Below, in pieces: positions 17,001-35,693 of a DNA stretch of 64,000 nucleotides (positions are counted from its first letter, which is position 1; every line of letters starts with the position of its first letter). Made by a program: the position numbers and the translations under genes. A model generated the notes under the pieces. That model saw nothing but the letters and a program-made list of their open reading frames with translations. It was not told the DNA's origin and made no database searches. Origin of the DNA: the human T2T-CHM13v2.0 reference genome, Homo sapiens; the NCBI RefSeq assembly GCF_009914755.1, contig NC_060936.1; one strand, written 5' to 3'.

Positions 17001-18471
17001 AAAGGGTCTAAAATGTTTACTCCATGATACTTCAGCTGTAATTCATTGTGCAGGTGGTCATGCCTACTGACTGCCTGGACTACTGAGCTGGCCCTGACCA
17101 GGTGCTGCACAAGTTCTTGGCTCAGCAAGAAGGCAAGGCTAGCCCAGTTCAGGGTGTTGAGGCAACTGCCTGTGCTAAACATGCCGAGTTTTCCTGTGGG
17201 CACAGCGAAGGGAGAAAGAGGGGAAGAGGTGCAGGTAGGGAAAACTTGACCTTCGAGAGGGGAAGGAGAGTGACAGAGGACTGAATCAAAGAGGCAGTCC
17301 TTTGTATGCTCAGGACAGCTGACAGCCCAAGCTTAAATGTAGAAAACAACTGTAATATACTAAGTAAAGCTCTCTCGAGCCGATCGTGATTCTTGATGAC
17401 GGTGAGTGTCAGGTTATGTTTACAAAGGCAGCTCATATAGCAGCCTATATGATATGACCAGTGTGTGCAGGATAAGGTAAGCCAGTCATTCACAAACACA
17501 AATCACCTATGCAGTCTTTTAAATACACAGATGCAGGTCCCACTCCTAGAGCTGCTGATTCAGGAAGTCTGGGTTGAGGGTCCAGCTTCTTTCATTTTTT
17601 GTCAAGCCCCAGGAGTGAGTCTGAGGCACAACCTGATTGGTAAGCCATTGCTTAGGCCAAATTCTCTTTTTTAATAGTGTCTTCATATAACAGATATTTT
17701 ACTACATTCTTTCATTACTTCATTTAATTACTTTTATTTTTAAACATATTCTACATAGTACTCTTCAAATCACTTTTGTCAAGTATTGTTATTAAAAATA
17801 ATGTAATCACAAGATAATATATTCTGTGGTTATCATTGATGACTTTATGGCTTTTAGTGAAAGCAAGAGCCCAAAAGCCCAAATGAAATATGTTGTTTAC
17901 GTTACAGACATGATAACGTAGTACATACAGAACCTCTGGAGACAACTCATCTGATTACATTACCATAGATTGGTATTTAAATTAAATTATTTGGAGCAGC
18001 TGACACCGTAAAAACCTCTCAACACTTACGATGTACTGAGAAACGCTTTTTGCAAATGATATATAATAGGCTGTATTCAATTTTCTTCCTCTCAAGAAAG
18101 AAAAGGGAAATTATTATATAAATCATTAATAATTACTTTAAAAATTAAATGTAAAATCACATTAAGTGTGCATTTGTATATTCAATAAAGATTCAAAATA
18201 ATAGTAGTAATAATAATAAAGCTACCTCCTGTCAAGGCTTACTATTGGCCATTGTGGTAAGCATTTTACATGGATTATCTCATTTACTTATTACAACAAT
18301 TCTATCAGGTAGACACTCTTCCTATTTCCATTTTATAGATAGGTGAACTGATTCTCAGAGAATTTAAGTAACTTGCCTTGAGTCACAGTCTTCTAAATGG
18401 CACACTAAGATTCTAACCAGATGATCAGACTGCATATTCTATGTTCTTTTTTTCTTTTCTTTTCTTTCTAA

Positions 18472-18804
<333 letters not shown>

Positions 18805-18809
18805 TAGAT

Positions 18810-19400
18810 GTATTTTTTTAAGAACAGTTTTAAATTTATGGAAAAGTTTAGCAGATAGTAGGAAGAGTTCCCAGATACTCTACATCCTTAGTACACTCCG
18901 CACCCAGTTTCCCATTATTAACATCTTGCATGAGTGTGCTGCATTCATTACAATATTGACACATTATTATTAACTAAAGTCCATGCTTTATTCAGACTTC
19001 CTTTGCTTTTACCCGATGTCCTTTCTCTGTTCCAGGATCCCATTCAGGATACCACATTACATTTATTTGTCGTATCCTCTGGCTCTTCTTGGCTGTGATG
19101 GTTTCTCAGACTTTCCTCGTTTTGAGGAGTATTGGTTGGAACTTATCCACTATTTTGTAGACTGTTCCTCAACTGCGATTTGTCTGATGTTTTTCTCATG
19201 ATCAGACTGAGGTTATGGATTTGGGGGAGGAAAACCATAAAGTACTGACCTGTATCCAGGGTCGGTACTATTTACAGGAGTTATCACTGCTTATGTTAAC
19301 CATGGCTGAGATGGCATCTGTCAGATATCTGCCCTGTAAAATTACTTCACTTCCCTCTCTTTCTGTTTCTTACTTTTTGGAAGGAAGTCACCATATGCAG
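18810..19400 (-). mobile_element. Old L1 (L1MC-like) 3' fragment
   Basis: ttccaggatcccattcaggataccacattacattta motif. Confidence 0.6.
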
Positions 19401-19429
19401 TAGAGCCTGCTTTTTTTGTGTTGCTGTTG

Positions 19430-19697
19430 TTGTTTTGGAGACGGGATCTCACTCTGTCATCCAGGGTGAAGTGCAGTGGCACAATCACAACTCACTGCAG
19501 CCTCGACCTCCCAGGCTCAAGTGATCCTTCCCACCTCAGACTCCCAAATAGCTGGGACTGCAGGCACATGCCACCACACCTGGCGAAGTTTTTGTATGGA
19601 TGGGGCCAGGCTGGTCTCAAACTCCTGGGCTCTAGCAATCCTCCTGCTTCAGCCTCCCAAAGTGCTGGGATTACAGATGTGAGCCACCGCTCCCAGG
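19430..19697 (-). mobile_element. AluJ
   Basis: Antisense Alu consensus. Confidence 0.85.
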
Positions 19698-20038
19698 TAA
19701 GCCTGGTTTTTTGACCACTGTGTTATTTCTGTCACAAGTTAGTTAGACAATGTTATGTCTAGCTCTCACTTCTCTAAGCTAACACCCCACTGCTCTGTTC
19801 CTCTTTGTGGTAATATTCCTCAAAAGGGCTATTTATACTCCAGGTCCTCCATTTTTCCTTGAACCCCTCCAGTCAGGGTTTCACCTCCCACCGCTCCATT
19901 GAAAGTCCTGTCATCTGAAGTCACTACAGCTAAATCCAATGGTTGGTTCAAAGTTTTGATCTTATTTGATATAGTTGATCACTCCTTTCTCCTTTCTTCT
20001 TGAAGTGCTTTCTCCGCTCTAGAACGTTACATGCCCCT

Positions 20039-20338
20039 GCCGGACGCGGTGGTTCACGCCGGTAATCCCAGCACTTTGGGAGGCTGAGGCGGGTGGATTG
20101 CTTGTGGTCAGGAGTCCGAGACCAGCCTGGACAACATGGTGAAACCCCGTCTCTACTAAAAATGCAAAAGATTAGCCGGGCGTGGTGGCAGGTGCCTGTA
20201 ATCTCAGCTACTTGGGAGGCTGAGGCAGGAGAATCCCTTGAACCTGGGAGGCCAAGGTTGCAGTGAGCCGGGATCACACTACCGTACTCCAGACTGGGCG
20301 ACAGAGCGAGACTCCTCTCAAAAAAAAAAAAAAAAAAA
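20039..20338 (+). mobile_element. AluS
   Basis: Full-length Alu with poly(A); ttacatgc on both flanks. Confidence 0.92.
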
Positions 20339-21150
20339 TTACATGCTCCTTGATTTCTTCTCTTCTTATAGATTTATCTCAATGTCTTAGCGTGCCCCTG
20401 GGCTTAGTCCATGGACCTTGTCTCTTCTGTTTATCTGCTAAATTCACGTAAATTCAATCTATATACTACTCCCAAATTTCTAGCCCAAGTCTCCCTCTGG
20501 AATGTCATCTTCATCCATCTATTTGCCTATTTGACAGACATCTCCAATTTAACAGCTCAGAAATGCTCCCCCAGCCCTCCCAAAGTTTTCCCATCTCAGT
20601 AATGGCAGTTCCATTCTTCATTTGTTCAGGCCAAAAATATTAGCCTTTTGTGACTTGTCACTTTCTCTCACAAACCACATCCTATCTCTCAGTAAATAAT
20701 GCTGCTGACTGTGCCTTCAGGATCTGTCTAATAATCTGACCATTTCTTACCACTGCCACCGTAACCATCTTGGCACCAACCACCATCGGTTCCCACCTCT
20801 ACTATTTTAGCAGTTGGCTGACTGGGCTCAGACTCCCTGCTACTGCCCTTGACCTCCTTGAGTGTCTTTTCAGCCCAGCAGTCGGCAAGCCTGTGATGCC
20901 TGTAAAGCATATGCTATCATTGCCCTATTCAGAACCCTCTGGCGGCTTCCCAGGCCAGTCAGAGCAAACCCTGAAGTCCTGTGTGGCTTTTCTCACTTTC
21001 TTCTCCCTCTTGTTTGCTTGACTCCAACCACATTAGCCTCCTTGTTCCTTGAACACGCAAGGAACGTTCTTCCTGCCAGTAACCTGTAGGCTTGCTTCTT
21101 CACTTCCTTCATGTTTTTGTTTAACTATTACCTACTCTGACCACTCTTTT

Positions 21151-21461
<311 letters not shown>

Positions 21462-24239
21462 TAAAATTGACACCCCCCCCCACCACTCTCTTATGCCTCT
21501 TTTCCACTTTATTTTTCTCTATATCATTTATCACCTCTCACATACTTTATGTATGTAAGTATCTCTATGTATATATAAAATAAACTATATATATATGTAA
21601 ACATATATATGTTTATTTGTTTATTCTTCATCTAGAAATAAGCTTCAAGGGAGCAGGGATATTTCCTTCCTTTGTTTCCTGCTGACTCTCTTAGCATCGA
21701 AAATTGTACTTGGCACAGAGCAGGCACTCAGTAAATATGTACATTCTGAATAAATTAATGAATCAACAAATGTCTATTAAAAACCTTGTTGGGTTGTCTA
21801 TTAAAAACCTTGTTGGGCAGAATCTTTGATAAAGCACTGTAAATACAATGTCCTAGTCCCTGCTTGTAAGAATTTTCCAATTTAGTGTAGGCAACAGACC
21901 TATAAAAGTTTAACAAGGGAAGAATGTGTGGGGAAATAGTATTGATATTCACCTGGGAATGAAATTACATAGCTTCTGACTGAAACCTTGGTGTTGAGGG
22001 TGAATTATCTCCCAGAGGTAGTTAATGTTAGGTTCCTACCTGTGTCTAGGATTAAGAGAGCAGGACAGACAGAGGGGCACCTGAGAAGTCACACACAGCC
22101 CTCCGCAGTTATGAGTCCTACTCAGGCATGGGGTAAAACATACACATGAGCTTAAGTATGAATAAGAACTATTTCTTATAAAATATATTAACTAGTAAGT
22201 GTTAATGCTAACAGTCTGGTATGAAGAATAGATCTAACTTATAATTTTGACTTTTGTTTTACTCTTTTGGAATTAAAAATGTCTTTAACCTTAAAAGTTC
22301 TTTTAAAAAATTGTCTAATTTTTTGCATGCTTTGTAGAAAGAAAGAGACATCTTTCCTTTTTCCCTTACAGTGTCTAAAAACAAGCTTTGTGAGAATGGA
22401 GTCTTAATTTTGCAGGGGTTTTGGCATGTGGTTGTATGCAAATACAAAGATTCCAAATACGGATGTGTTGCATTATTTGAAAAAACCCCTTCAGAGACAT
22501 ATTTGCATATGGAGACGTGATTTCTGCAACTGAAAACAGTCAGTCCTGCACTCTCAAAACAGCCTTCAAGGACTTTTGAGCATCTGATTTCTGAACTTCT
22601 TAGGTTGACTTTTTGGCTTATGTGACTCCAATACGACTTTCAACAAAGATTTGTGTTCCAAAAAATGGTTTTAAACAATGCTTAACTAACAGCATGTTTT
22701 TCTTAATTTGTATTTTCAGTTTAGAATGCTTTTAACTTTATCAACATAATTAGTCATTGAGAACTTTTCTCTGTATTTTTATTTGATATGTACTGCGAGT
22801 AAACAAAGTCCTATATTCTGAAAGGGGACACGTAAGGGAGAGTTGAAGAAAATGATAAATATTGAAGAATGTAATTAACATGTTGAGAGTTTGCATTCCT
22901 GTTGTATCAGATTGGAGCTATTTTATAGAATTGGATCTAAATGAAGTATACATTTTATGGATGCTAAAAATACTCTTTAGCAATGTTTCTATTCAGAATG
23001 CATCATCATTAGAGAAAAGCTATTAAGGTTGCAGTGTGAATCACCAGTTGGAAAAAGAGAAAACATATTTCATTTCCAGTCCGGAAGCAATCCATGCATG
23101 CAGGCAGTATTCATTTTAACAGTCTGGATCAGTTTTTTACCATGAACTTCTGCTATTAGAAAAAATGCCTTTGTCTAATCTAGCTTTCCTTAGATGTGAT
23201 GCAAACTCAGAACTATATGCCCCGGTCAATGTTAGAGACCCTAAAACCCCAGCTCATTTGGCATCTGTTCATTCATATTCCAGCTGAATCTCAGAAATGT
23301 GCTTAAGGGAAAGCATCTGATATTAGCAGTTTCTCAGCCAAGTCACAGGACGGGACATCCCAGAGTCATGGCCTGCTGCACTTTTAAAAGGGAAATTCAG
23401 GAATCAAAAAAAAAACAAACAGAGAATGGAATTTATGGAAAGTATGGAATGAAAAGCTGACATTCCCTGGGACTTGAAATGTTAACTCTGGATTTCCTTA
23501 ATAGCTATAAACTGTGCCTTTCCTACTGTGGCAATTGTTGTGAGCTAGAACATGTTTATACCTTTTTATGTATAAATATTTTATCTGAGACTCCTGCTAC
23601 TATTGCCACCCGATGCATCTTCCAAAAGGTAAAGCTTCCATCTTTGCATCACCTTCTCAGAAATCTGAATTGGTCCCATTGCTTTCAGAATGAAGTTAAG
23701 TTCATATGCTAACACTCAGGGCCTCTGTCTGTCAATCAGCAAAAATATATTGAACGTGTACTATGTGGCTAAGCATGTTTCTGCAGATACAAGGTAACAT
23801 GGAGACCTCATGGAGCTTGTTCACCTTTTCTTTAACGTGAACACTCTGCTCCAAGCATTCTGGCCTTCCCTCTGCCCTCTTGTGTTGTCTTCACTGTTTC
23901 TGGAACAATTCCCCATTTGACATACCCTTTTCTATTCCTTTAGCCTAGTTAAACCTTACCCCACGACACGACACTTCTATTGCAAAGCTAGGTGGTATTT
24001 GGTTACCCTTCCTTTCCTTTCCTGGCTGTGGTAGTCCACAAAAGCATTTTCTCCCTTCAGTCTTGTTAAATTTTGTGCATATGTCTTATCCCAAAGTTTC
24101 AAAGGGTAGCAGGAACGATTTTAGCTTACAAAAGAAAAATGAAGAAGTCTATTATTTAAATATTCATTACTATGAATTTATATGATACAGGATGCCTAAT
24201 ACTATGTAAATATTAGTCAATTAATTTTCTTTTCCTTCT

Positions 24240-24562
<323 letters not shown>

Positions 24563-26294
24563 TAATAGAAAATGTGGAAACCTAAACTTTCCCTTTGCTG
24601 AAATTTGATATTTAGAGTTCTCTTGTTGGAATGTTCATTTTGAGAGTGGGAAGTGTTTTAAAGATAAGAGGTGTTATAATTAATTAACAGGCCAGGGAAG
24701 AGCAAGAAGATTTATTATATGTATTAGGTGGGACTACAAGAACATTTGTTATTAAGAAGTTTGAGATTGTTCAGTGAGGCTGTGTTTTGCCTGGAGTTGT
24801 GTCATAGGTCGATGGCAGTGCCACCACTAAATACATGTGTTCCTGTACTCACCCAGAGGCCCACGGGAATGCTCTGTTTTCACTAAGAACTTTTTTCCTT
24901 GGAAAGCAGGATAGTCTGCGGGGCTCAGACTCATTTATTTGTCTTGTTTTCAATCTGAAACTGTAGTGATTATTTTTTCCTCCCCAGGATAGTGTACTCT
25001 ATCCAATACTTCTTTAAGAATTGGCCTCTCTTTGGAAGTACTCAGTTTTAGACATGGCATAGCTCAGGCTCCAGAAGCCACCCCTCCAGAAAGCCTTCCC
25101 TGCTGTTCTCATCTTTAGTTAGAGGCCTGTCTTCATGCTCAAACCACACTTAGTGCATACAATTACTGTATTACTGGCATATAGCAGATACTCAACAAAT
25201 GTTTGAACTACACTGATTTGCAGTATTTCTCTTAAGAGTTTTTAGAAATAGCTAAATAAAGTGTTTATAAAAAATGTGCCTCAATGATATAGGCAGATTA
25301 CCTCATCAGAAAGAAATATATTAAAATAACATTACCATATTTGGCTAATATTTTTGCTTTTTAAAGGCTTCCTTTTAAAAATGATAAGCTATCTAAAACA
25401 TATATTGGCATTTGGATAGTCTTTGCCTCTGTGAAACATCATCTCTTCAAAGAGATGAGGAATGAATATATTCTTGCCAGAACTTGAAATATGGAGGAAG
25501 GGCAAAGACATTCTAACTCAATGATGTCAGACATTTTATTCTAGCTATTTTTCTTTCCTTACAGCCTAAACATGCATTGAAATAGAATGTCTCAACTTTA
25601 TCTTCTCTTGTTTGATATGTAATTGCAAATGCTGCCACTCTATTTAACTCTGTTCTGGTACAAGTTGTAACAGAGTAACAAAATTCAAGATATGACCTTG
25701 TGTATATCAGTCAGGATAAACTAAGTTATGCTGCAGTAACAAGCAGCACCAAAAATCTCAGTGGTTTAACATAGCAGAGGCTTACTTTTTGCTCCCAGGA
25801 AGAACACTGAGAGTCCAGCAAACTCTCTTCCATGTAGTGACTCAGCATTTCAGGCTGCTTTGATCTTGAGGCAGCCCCCTGTCAACTTGTAGTGAATTGT
25901 GCCCTGGTTCTTCAGTGTTTCTGGCTGGAAGAGACACAGAGGCATGCCTAACCTGAAAGGGCAGGGAGATGGAATCCTCTATGATGGGATAGAGGGTTGG
26001 AAGTATTGGCAGCACTAGTAATGTCTACCGGGTCAATTTTTAGCTCATAGAAAGAGGGCCAGTCATGGTTTCATATTGTGAACACTTTCAATTTTCAGGA
26101 TTTACTCACAGCCTCAGTGGGAGCATAAAGTTGAGGTAAATTGAATATTCCAGCAAAGGCTTATACAACGAAAAATTGGGCATGGGGGGGATGCCATATT
26201 AAGGCAGAAGATATTTGCCTTTCTGCTGGCTTGATTTCAAATATTATAACTGGTGTAGAAACTCCCTAAGAAATTAATGACCTTTGGACTCTAA

Positions 26295-26610
<316 letters not shown>

Positions 26611-27339
26611 AAAACAGACTTTTAACAGAAGAAAGTTTCACAAGACTTATCATTTTTCTGAGATCTGAACAACCATTGCCTTTTAAAAGCACATCTGCCT
26701 TTGAAGTCTCCCATTGGTGGACAGGGGAGTCCTATCTCCTATGAGACCACCTTGGTTCCTGCTGGAGGGCAGCTTCCACATATTGGTGTGTGGCAGGATG
26801 AAAGGATGCTGAGCTCCTAAAGCCAGTTATGGTGGTGTGTCAGGGGTCCCCCGTGACCACCTTCAGATAACAGTGGGATTTTATCCAGAGACTTGCATCC
26901 AGGATCCTAAATTTTTTAGTTTCTCTGGAAGGTAAAGTTATGAAAGGATGGTGCCATCACCACCAAAAGCCCAAAACACATTGTTAATTTTAGTGCTCAA
27001 TATTCCAGATTGGGAATATTATCATAGGAACAAGACCACCTTTTCTGTCATTTGCTTTCTTTCTCCCCGCTTTGCCTCAAAGTACACTTTAAAATTTGGA
27101 AGTTGTGCAGAAAGGCAATATAAATTTTTGCTTGAAGAATCCTGTTAAATCAGGGCACCATAAAAACTCATATACTTTCTGTACAGTTTTAAGATGTTTA
27201 TGCCAAACCTTAATTGAATTATTTAAAGCCTAGTATGCTAGTAAAACATTTCCCTGATTTTACCCAGATATTAGCTTTTAATTGCTCAAAAGTGTTCAAT
27301 GGGAAGACAGGGGGAACAAAACACCATTTCTCAAACCTT

Positions 27340-29080
<1,741 letters not shown>

Positions 29081-29202
29081 GTTATAAATAAGAGGAAAGT
29101 TAAAGTTATAAATAAGAGGAAATAAAACATTAGGTACACAAAAACAAGTATTTTGATAAAAGTACAGTAAACAATTCTTTGTTTATATTGCAATTTCCAC
29201 AG

Positions 29203-29385
29203 CAGAGAGACTTTCAAGCAGCTGGCTGGATGTTCGTCATATTGAAAAGTATGTAGACCAAGGTAAAAGTGGAACAAGAGAATTACTTTGGTCCTGGGCA
29301 CAGAAAAACAAGACCATCGGTGACCTTTTACAGGTCCTCCAGGAGATGGGACATCGTCGAGCTATTCATTTAATTACAAACTATG
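29203..29385 (+). CDS. IRAK3: IRAK3 exon 2 (c.134-316, death-domain core, 183 nt, phase 1-1)
   Basis: ttccacag|CAGAG...TATG|gtaaat; (A)ERLSSSWLDVRHIEKYVDQGKSGTRELLWSWAQKNKTIGDLLQVLQEMGHRRAIHLITNY. Confidence 0.98.
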
Positions 29386-30267
29386 GTAAATGCTGATTCT
29401 TATAATGTGGCTCTTAATCTGTAATAGGAACTGTAATTTGTAAATTCGAATATTGCATTTTATCCAAGACATTGACTCATGCTCTGTGTCAGTGTTTCCT
29501 TACCTGTGGCTTTTATCTGGAAGGGACTTTCCAGCTTCACATTTTCTTGTGACACTTTCTTCCCTTATCACCTAACTTATACAACATATTTCTTTCTATC
29601 ACTTTATAGTTTTGTTTTTTTAACTTACTTTTACTTACAAACTACACTTTTAAAAATGTTTCATTTTTAGCAGTTAATAGAATCAGCTCTCTGTCAAAAA
29701 CTCTGAAACTCTTTGAGTCATAAACAGTTGGAATCACAATATTTGAGATACAGATCATGCTATTCTTTGTTTTACTATATATTACAAGTTAAAAATATAA
29801 TTGTATTTTCCCCCATATTTAATATTTTATATTGTACCTACCTCCAGAATAATCTGGGGATGTTTCTTTTATCTTCACTGCTGTTTTTACACCACAGCGT
29901 TTAACCCTGCCTTACTTGTTACTACCCATTCCACAGTAGCCTAATTCTTCCCTTTGTCTTCTCTATTTCTGGGTCTGTGTCATGCCTTATATTTAGAACA
30001 ACATGATCAATAAAGTTCATGAAGTTTTCTCCATTTATTCTTTGTCAGTGAAATAATCTAACATCACCTGTTCTGTTTGTTCCACTTAGATGTATTCATT
30101 TCAACAATAATGATCTTGGGTCTTATGTTATAGACCCAAGGCTCTTAGATTGGAAACTCTTTTGAATCAACATCTTTATTCTTTGGCTCTTTTCATAGAT
30201 CGCATTTTTAGTTTTGTGTATTTGCACACATGTTCTTTGGTAATATATTTAGTGCGCATGAGCCCTT

Positions 30268-30268
<1 letters not shown>

Positions 30269-30312
<44 letters not shown>
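30269..30312. repeat. (CA)n microsatellite
   Basis: About 21 CA units. Confidence 0.95.
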
Positions 30313-30313
<1 letters not shown>

Positions 30314-31699
30314 GGAATCCTGAGAGATTTGTACCAGAAAACTGTAGCTTCACATTGACTTTTATTTTGATCTTTCCTATTATTGGGATATTAGTTCCTA
30401 ATAGACTTCCACCATGATATTATTCATATAACTTGGCTAATTCCCTTTGTCTTTTGCACATTGTTTCTTCACTTAGTTTAGGGCAGCAGAATACTTCACT
30501 GTGAAGTTGACTGAGCAAGTGAAATTCAGTGAGTCCCTGGGAACTGTAAATGCAATGCCTTTTCATTATCTGAGCCTTTCCCAGCCACTGAAACCACCCA
30601 CATGGCTTGCTGTTCACAATACAAACTTACGCCACTTTAATAGGACACACAGGTATGTTTTATACTTCAGTGTTCTGGAATAAATTTTAGGGTATATTTT
30701 CACTCTCTATGTTGTTTATTTGTGCAGCAGAGAATAATGTGGACTGTAAGTAGACAAAAATTCCACATTCTTGGTTGACTCTTAGTCTGTTGCACATGCA
30801 ACATTTATTTTTCTTTTTTTGATGTGAGATTAGCCGATTGGTAAAAAGACTTTACTGCCCTAGTACAAAGAGATAGGTAAATCTGAAGTGAAGAGGAGGA
30901 TAGCACCTTACTTCTTTACTAAAGAAAATAGCATTATTTAATTGTAATTGATTGAGTTGATGTTTCAAATTAAATAACAATTTTGAAAAAGTTAATTATG
31001 TAGTTGTTAAAAGTGAGATGTGATGATTTGTTGGAAGCATAAGTGTAGCTTGCTCAACAGGCGTTTCCTATCATAGCTACTCATTAAATTAGGAGTTGGA
31101 GCTCCTAACTAAAGATGCATAAAATGATTTAGTCCTTCTATGCTGCCACCGTGGACAGATTTATCAGTTATCTAAATAATCAGTTATTGCCCACCTTTCC
31201 TTGCAATTTTATTCTGTTTTGTGGAACTGATTTTATTTTAGAAGAATTTGGGGCTTTTATATTCCAGCTTCCAGGCATCACTTTGTAGATTTGGATTTTC
31301 CTAGTCATATTGAAATGGGCCTTTTATTTCCTCCCAGGTACTATGCCTACAATTCAGGTTGCTGCTGCTAGGTGGTTTCTTCACATCAGTAAAGCATTCT
31401 CTCAGATCTCAGGACATAACAAAATTGCTCAAGAAACTAGAATCTCTATTTTTTGTTATTATATTTCTGGCATGCATGTCCTTATGTATCACATTTTGTA
31501 TTTATAATTCAATGTTCAGCAATTGTTTTCCAGTTTTGACACAAAATTCGCAGCTTTCTACTGGCTTCTTCTTAAGAGAGACATTTTCAATCTTCCATTT
31601 TATATGACAATGAAGGATTCTCTCTCTTTTCACAAACAGCAAAAGAAATAATGACTTTTAGTGCCCATACAGCCCCCAGATTTCACATTTTTTTCTACA

Positions 31700-33550
<1,851 letters not shown>

Positions 33551-33816
33551 GGAAATTTGTTATTGATTGGTTATGCTTTCTTGCTAGTTTTCTAAGCAAA
33601 ATAATTTAAGAAACACTAGAAGATAATCTAGAAAGAAGAAAGCTAGACTAGAAAATGAAAGTTTTCTAGTCTGAGACAAAATGTTAGAAATGACAGCAAA
33701 ATATGGCAGGGTTTTACTCTTTTGTAGGAAGCTACATAAATTACCTCAGTCCAGACAGCACTCTACCACATAGAAGTTATAGTCGACATTTGGGGTGGTA
33801 AGTATTTGTCATTGAT

Positions 33817-33848
<32 letters not shown>

Positions 33849-33970
33849 GCACACACACCACCTCCAATACTTTATGGCACAAGATGATATAAAAAAATAA
33901 ACTAACCCAGGAAGATATAATATCATAATTGTAACATTTAAAAATATATGTGCAAAAATGCTGATAATAC

Positions 33971-34580
33971 AGCTGGGCGCTGTGGCTCATGCCTGTAATC
34001 CTAGCACTTTGGGAGGCTGAGGCAGACAGATCACTTGAGCTCAGGAGTTTGAGACCAACCTGGCCAACATGGTGAAACCCTGTCTCTACTAAAAATACAA
34101 AAATTAGCTGTGCATGGTGGCAGGGGTTTGTAATCCCAGCTACTCAGGAGGTTGAGGCAGGAGAATCACTTGAACCCAGGAGGCGGAGGTTGCAGTGAGC
34201 CAAGATTGCACCACTGCACTCCAGCCTGGGTGACAGAGCGAGACTCTGTCTCAAAAAAAAAAGAAAAAAGGCCCAGTGTGGTGGGTGGCTCATGCCTGTA
34301 ATCCCAGCACTTTGGGAGGCCGAGGCAGGCAGATCTCTTGAGGCCAGGAGTTCGAGACTAGCCTGGCCAACATGGTAAAACCCCATCTCTACTAAAAATA
34401 CAAAAAAAATTAGCCAGGCATGCTGATAGGTGCCTGTAATCCTGGCTACTTGGGAGGCTGAGGCAGGAGAATCACTTGACATTCTCAAGTGGAGGCAGAG
34501 ATTGCAATGAGCCGAGATCATGCCACTGTACTACAGCCTGGGCGAGAGTGAGAGTCCATCTCAAAAAAAAAAAAAAAAAG
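33971..34580 (+). mobile_element. Tandem head-to-tail AluS pair (~33971-34269, ~34270-34580)
   Basis: Two full Alus; the second follows the first's A-tail; gctgataat on both outer flanks. Confidence 0.9.
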
Positions 34581-34947
34581 GCTGATAATTTTTTTTAAAT
34601 TTTCTTCTTTGTGCTTTAATATTTTTAATGTCTAACAACAATTTGTCTTATTACTTGTTTATTATTTAATTATTTAAATTATTTAAAGTTAATAATAGAT
34701 TAAGGCAACTACTTATGTTTTAAGTGAACAAAAGTATGTTTGTATAACATTTGTTAATTAGAAAGCTATTTCACAAATATAATACTTCACAAATAATACT
34801 TTCACAAATTTATCGTAATGTTGCATGGGAATGAAACTTTAGAAATGAACAATGGCTAGCAAGACATTTATTTTCAGAGTCTCAGAAAGGAAAAACATTA
34901 GGGACATAAAATTTTTTTGTATCTACCTTCCCATATTTCTCTTTCAG

Positions 34948-35012
34948 GAGCAGTGTTGAGTCCTTCAGAGAAGAGTTATCAGGAAGGTGGATTTCCAAAT
35001 ATATTATTCAAG
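34948..35012 (+). CDS. IRAK3: IRAK3 exon 3 (c.317-381)
   Basis: ctttcag|GAGCAG...TTCAAG|gtagag; (G)AVLSPSEKSYQEGGFPNILFK. Confidence 0.96.
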
Positions 35013-35638
35013 GTAGAGTATGTGTGCATAGAAAATGAGCCTTGAACTTTGTTGCATGTATAATTGAGCATAAGGAATGAAATTAGCAGGCAGAAAAATG
35101 CTGGATTTGCCGGCACTTTTTAAAAATCAGAAATGCCTTTGTTCTCTCATTATTCTCTATTTAGTTGAGGATTTAGGAAATTAGAGATTTATAAATATTT
35201 GAGAAATTAAGAGCTTTCTGTTCTCAGTGATCTGTCAGAGATGAGACTGAGAACTACTAAGGATGCTGTGATTTATACATTTGTCTTAACTCAGCTTTTA
35301 ATTTTCCTTTTTTGGTTGGTGTTTTGCATGTCACTGTTAGTTTTTATTAGAGCAAACTAGCAGTGATCATTTTTATAGCATTAAAAGTAATTTAAAATTG
35401 ACTTTGACTGACTATGACATTGAAACTTGAGTTTTTACTGTTGGTGTGAAAGCCTTAAATATGGCAATGAATGCTATTAAATAAAGTGAAATAACTTTGA
35501 TTTCTGCTAGCTTTCTTTTAAATTAGGTTGCACTCTGTTGCACTGCATAGTCCCCAGGGAGCTTTGGATTTGTGTTGAGGCTCTGTTCTTTCTAGATGTA
35601 TGAAATGGAATTACTTTAGTATATATTTCTTCTCTTAG

Positions 35639-35693
35639 GAAACAGCCAATGTCACCGTGGATAATGTTCTTATTCCTGAACATAATGAAAAAG
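35639..35693 (+). CDS. IRAK3: IRAK3 exon 4 (c.382-436)
   Basis: tcttag|GAAACA...AAAG|gtatga; ETANVTVDNVLIPEHNEK. Confidence 0.96.

Noticed and set aside
30115-30140. 9-bp inverted repeat cttgggtct/agacccaag
   Set aside because: Too short for a pre-miRNA and expected by chance in 64 kb.
34945-34953. CAG-GAG-CAG at exon 3 (also TAG-GAG at exon 6 and a GTA-GTA donor at exon 7)
   Set aside because: Strong canonical sites should dominate and GAG is rarely used; not promoted without read data.
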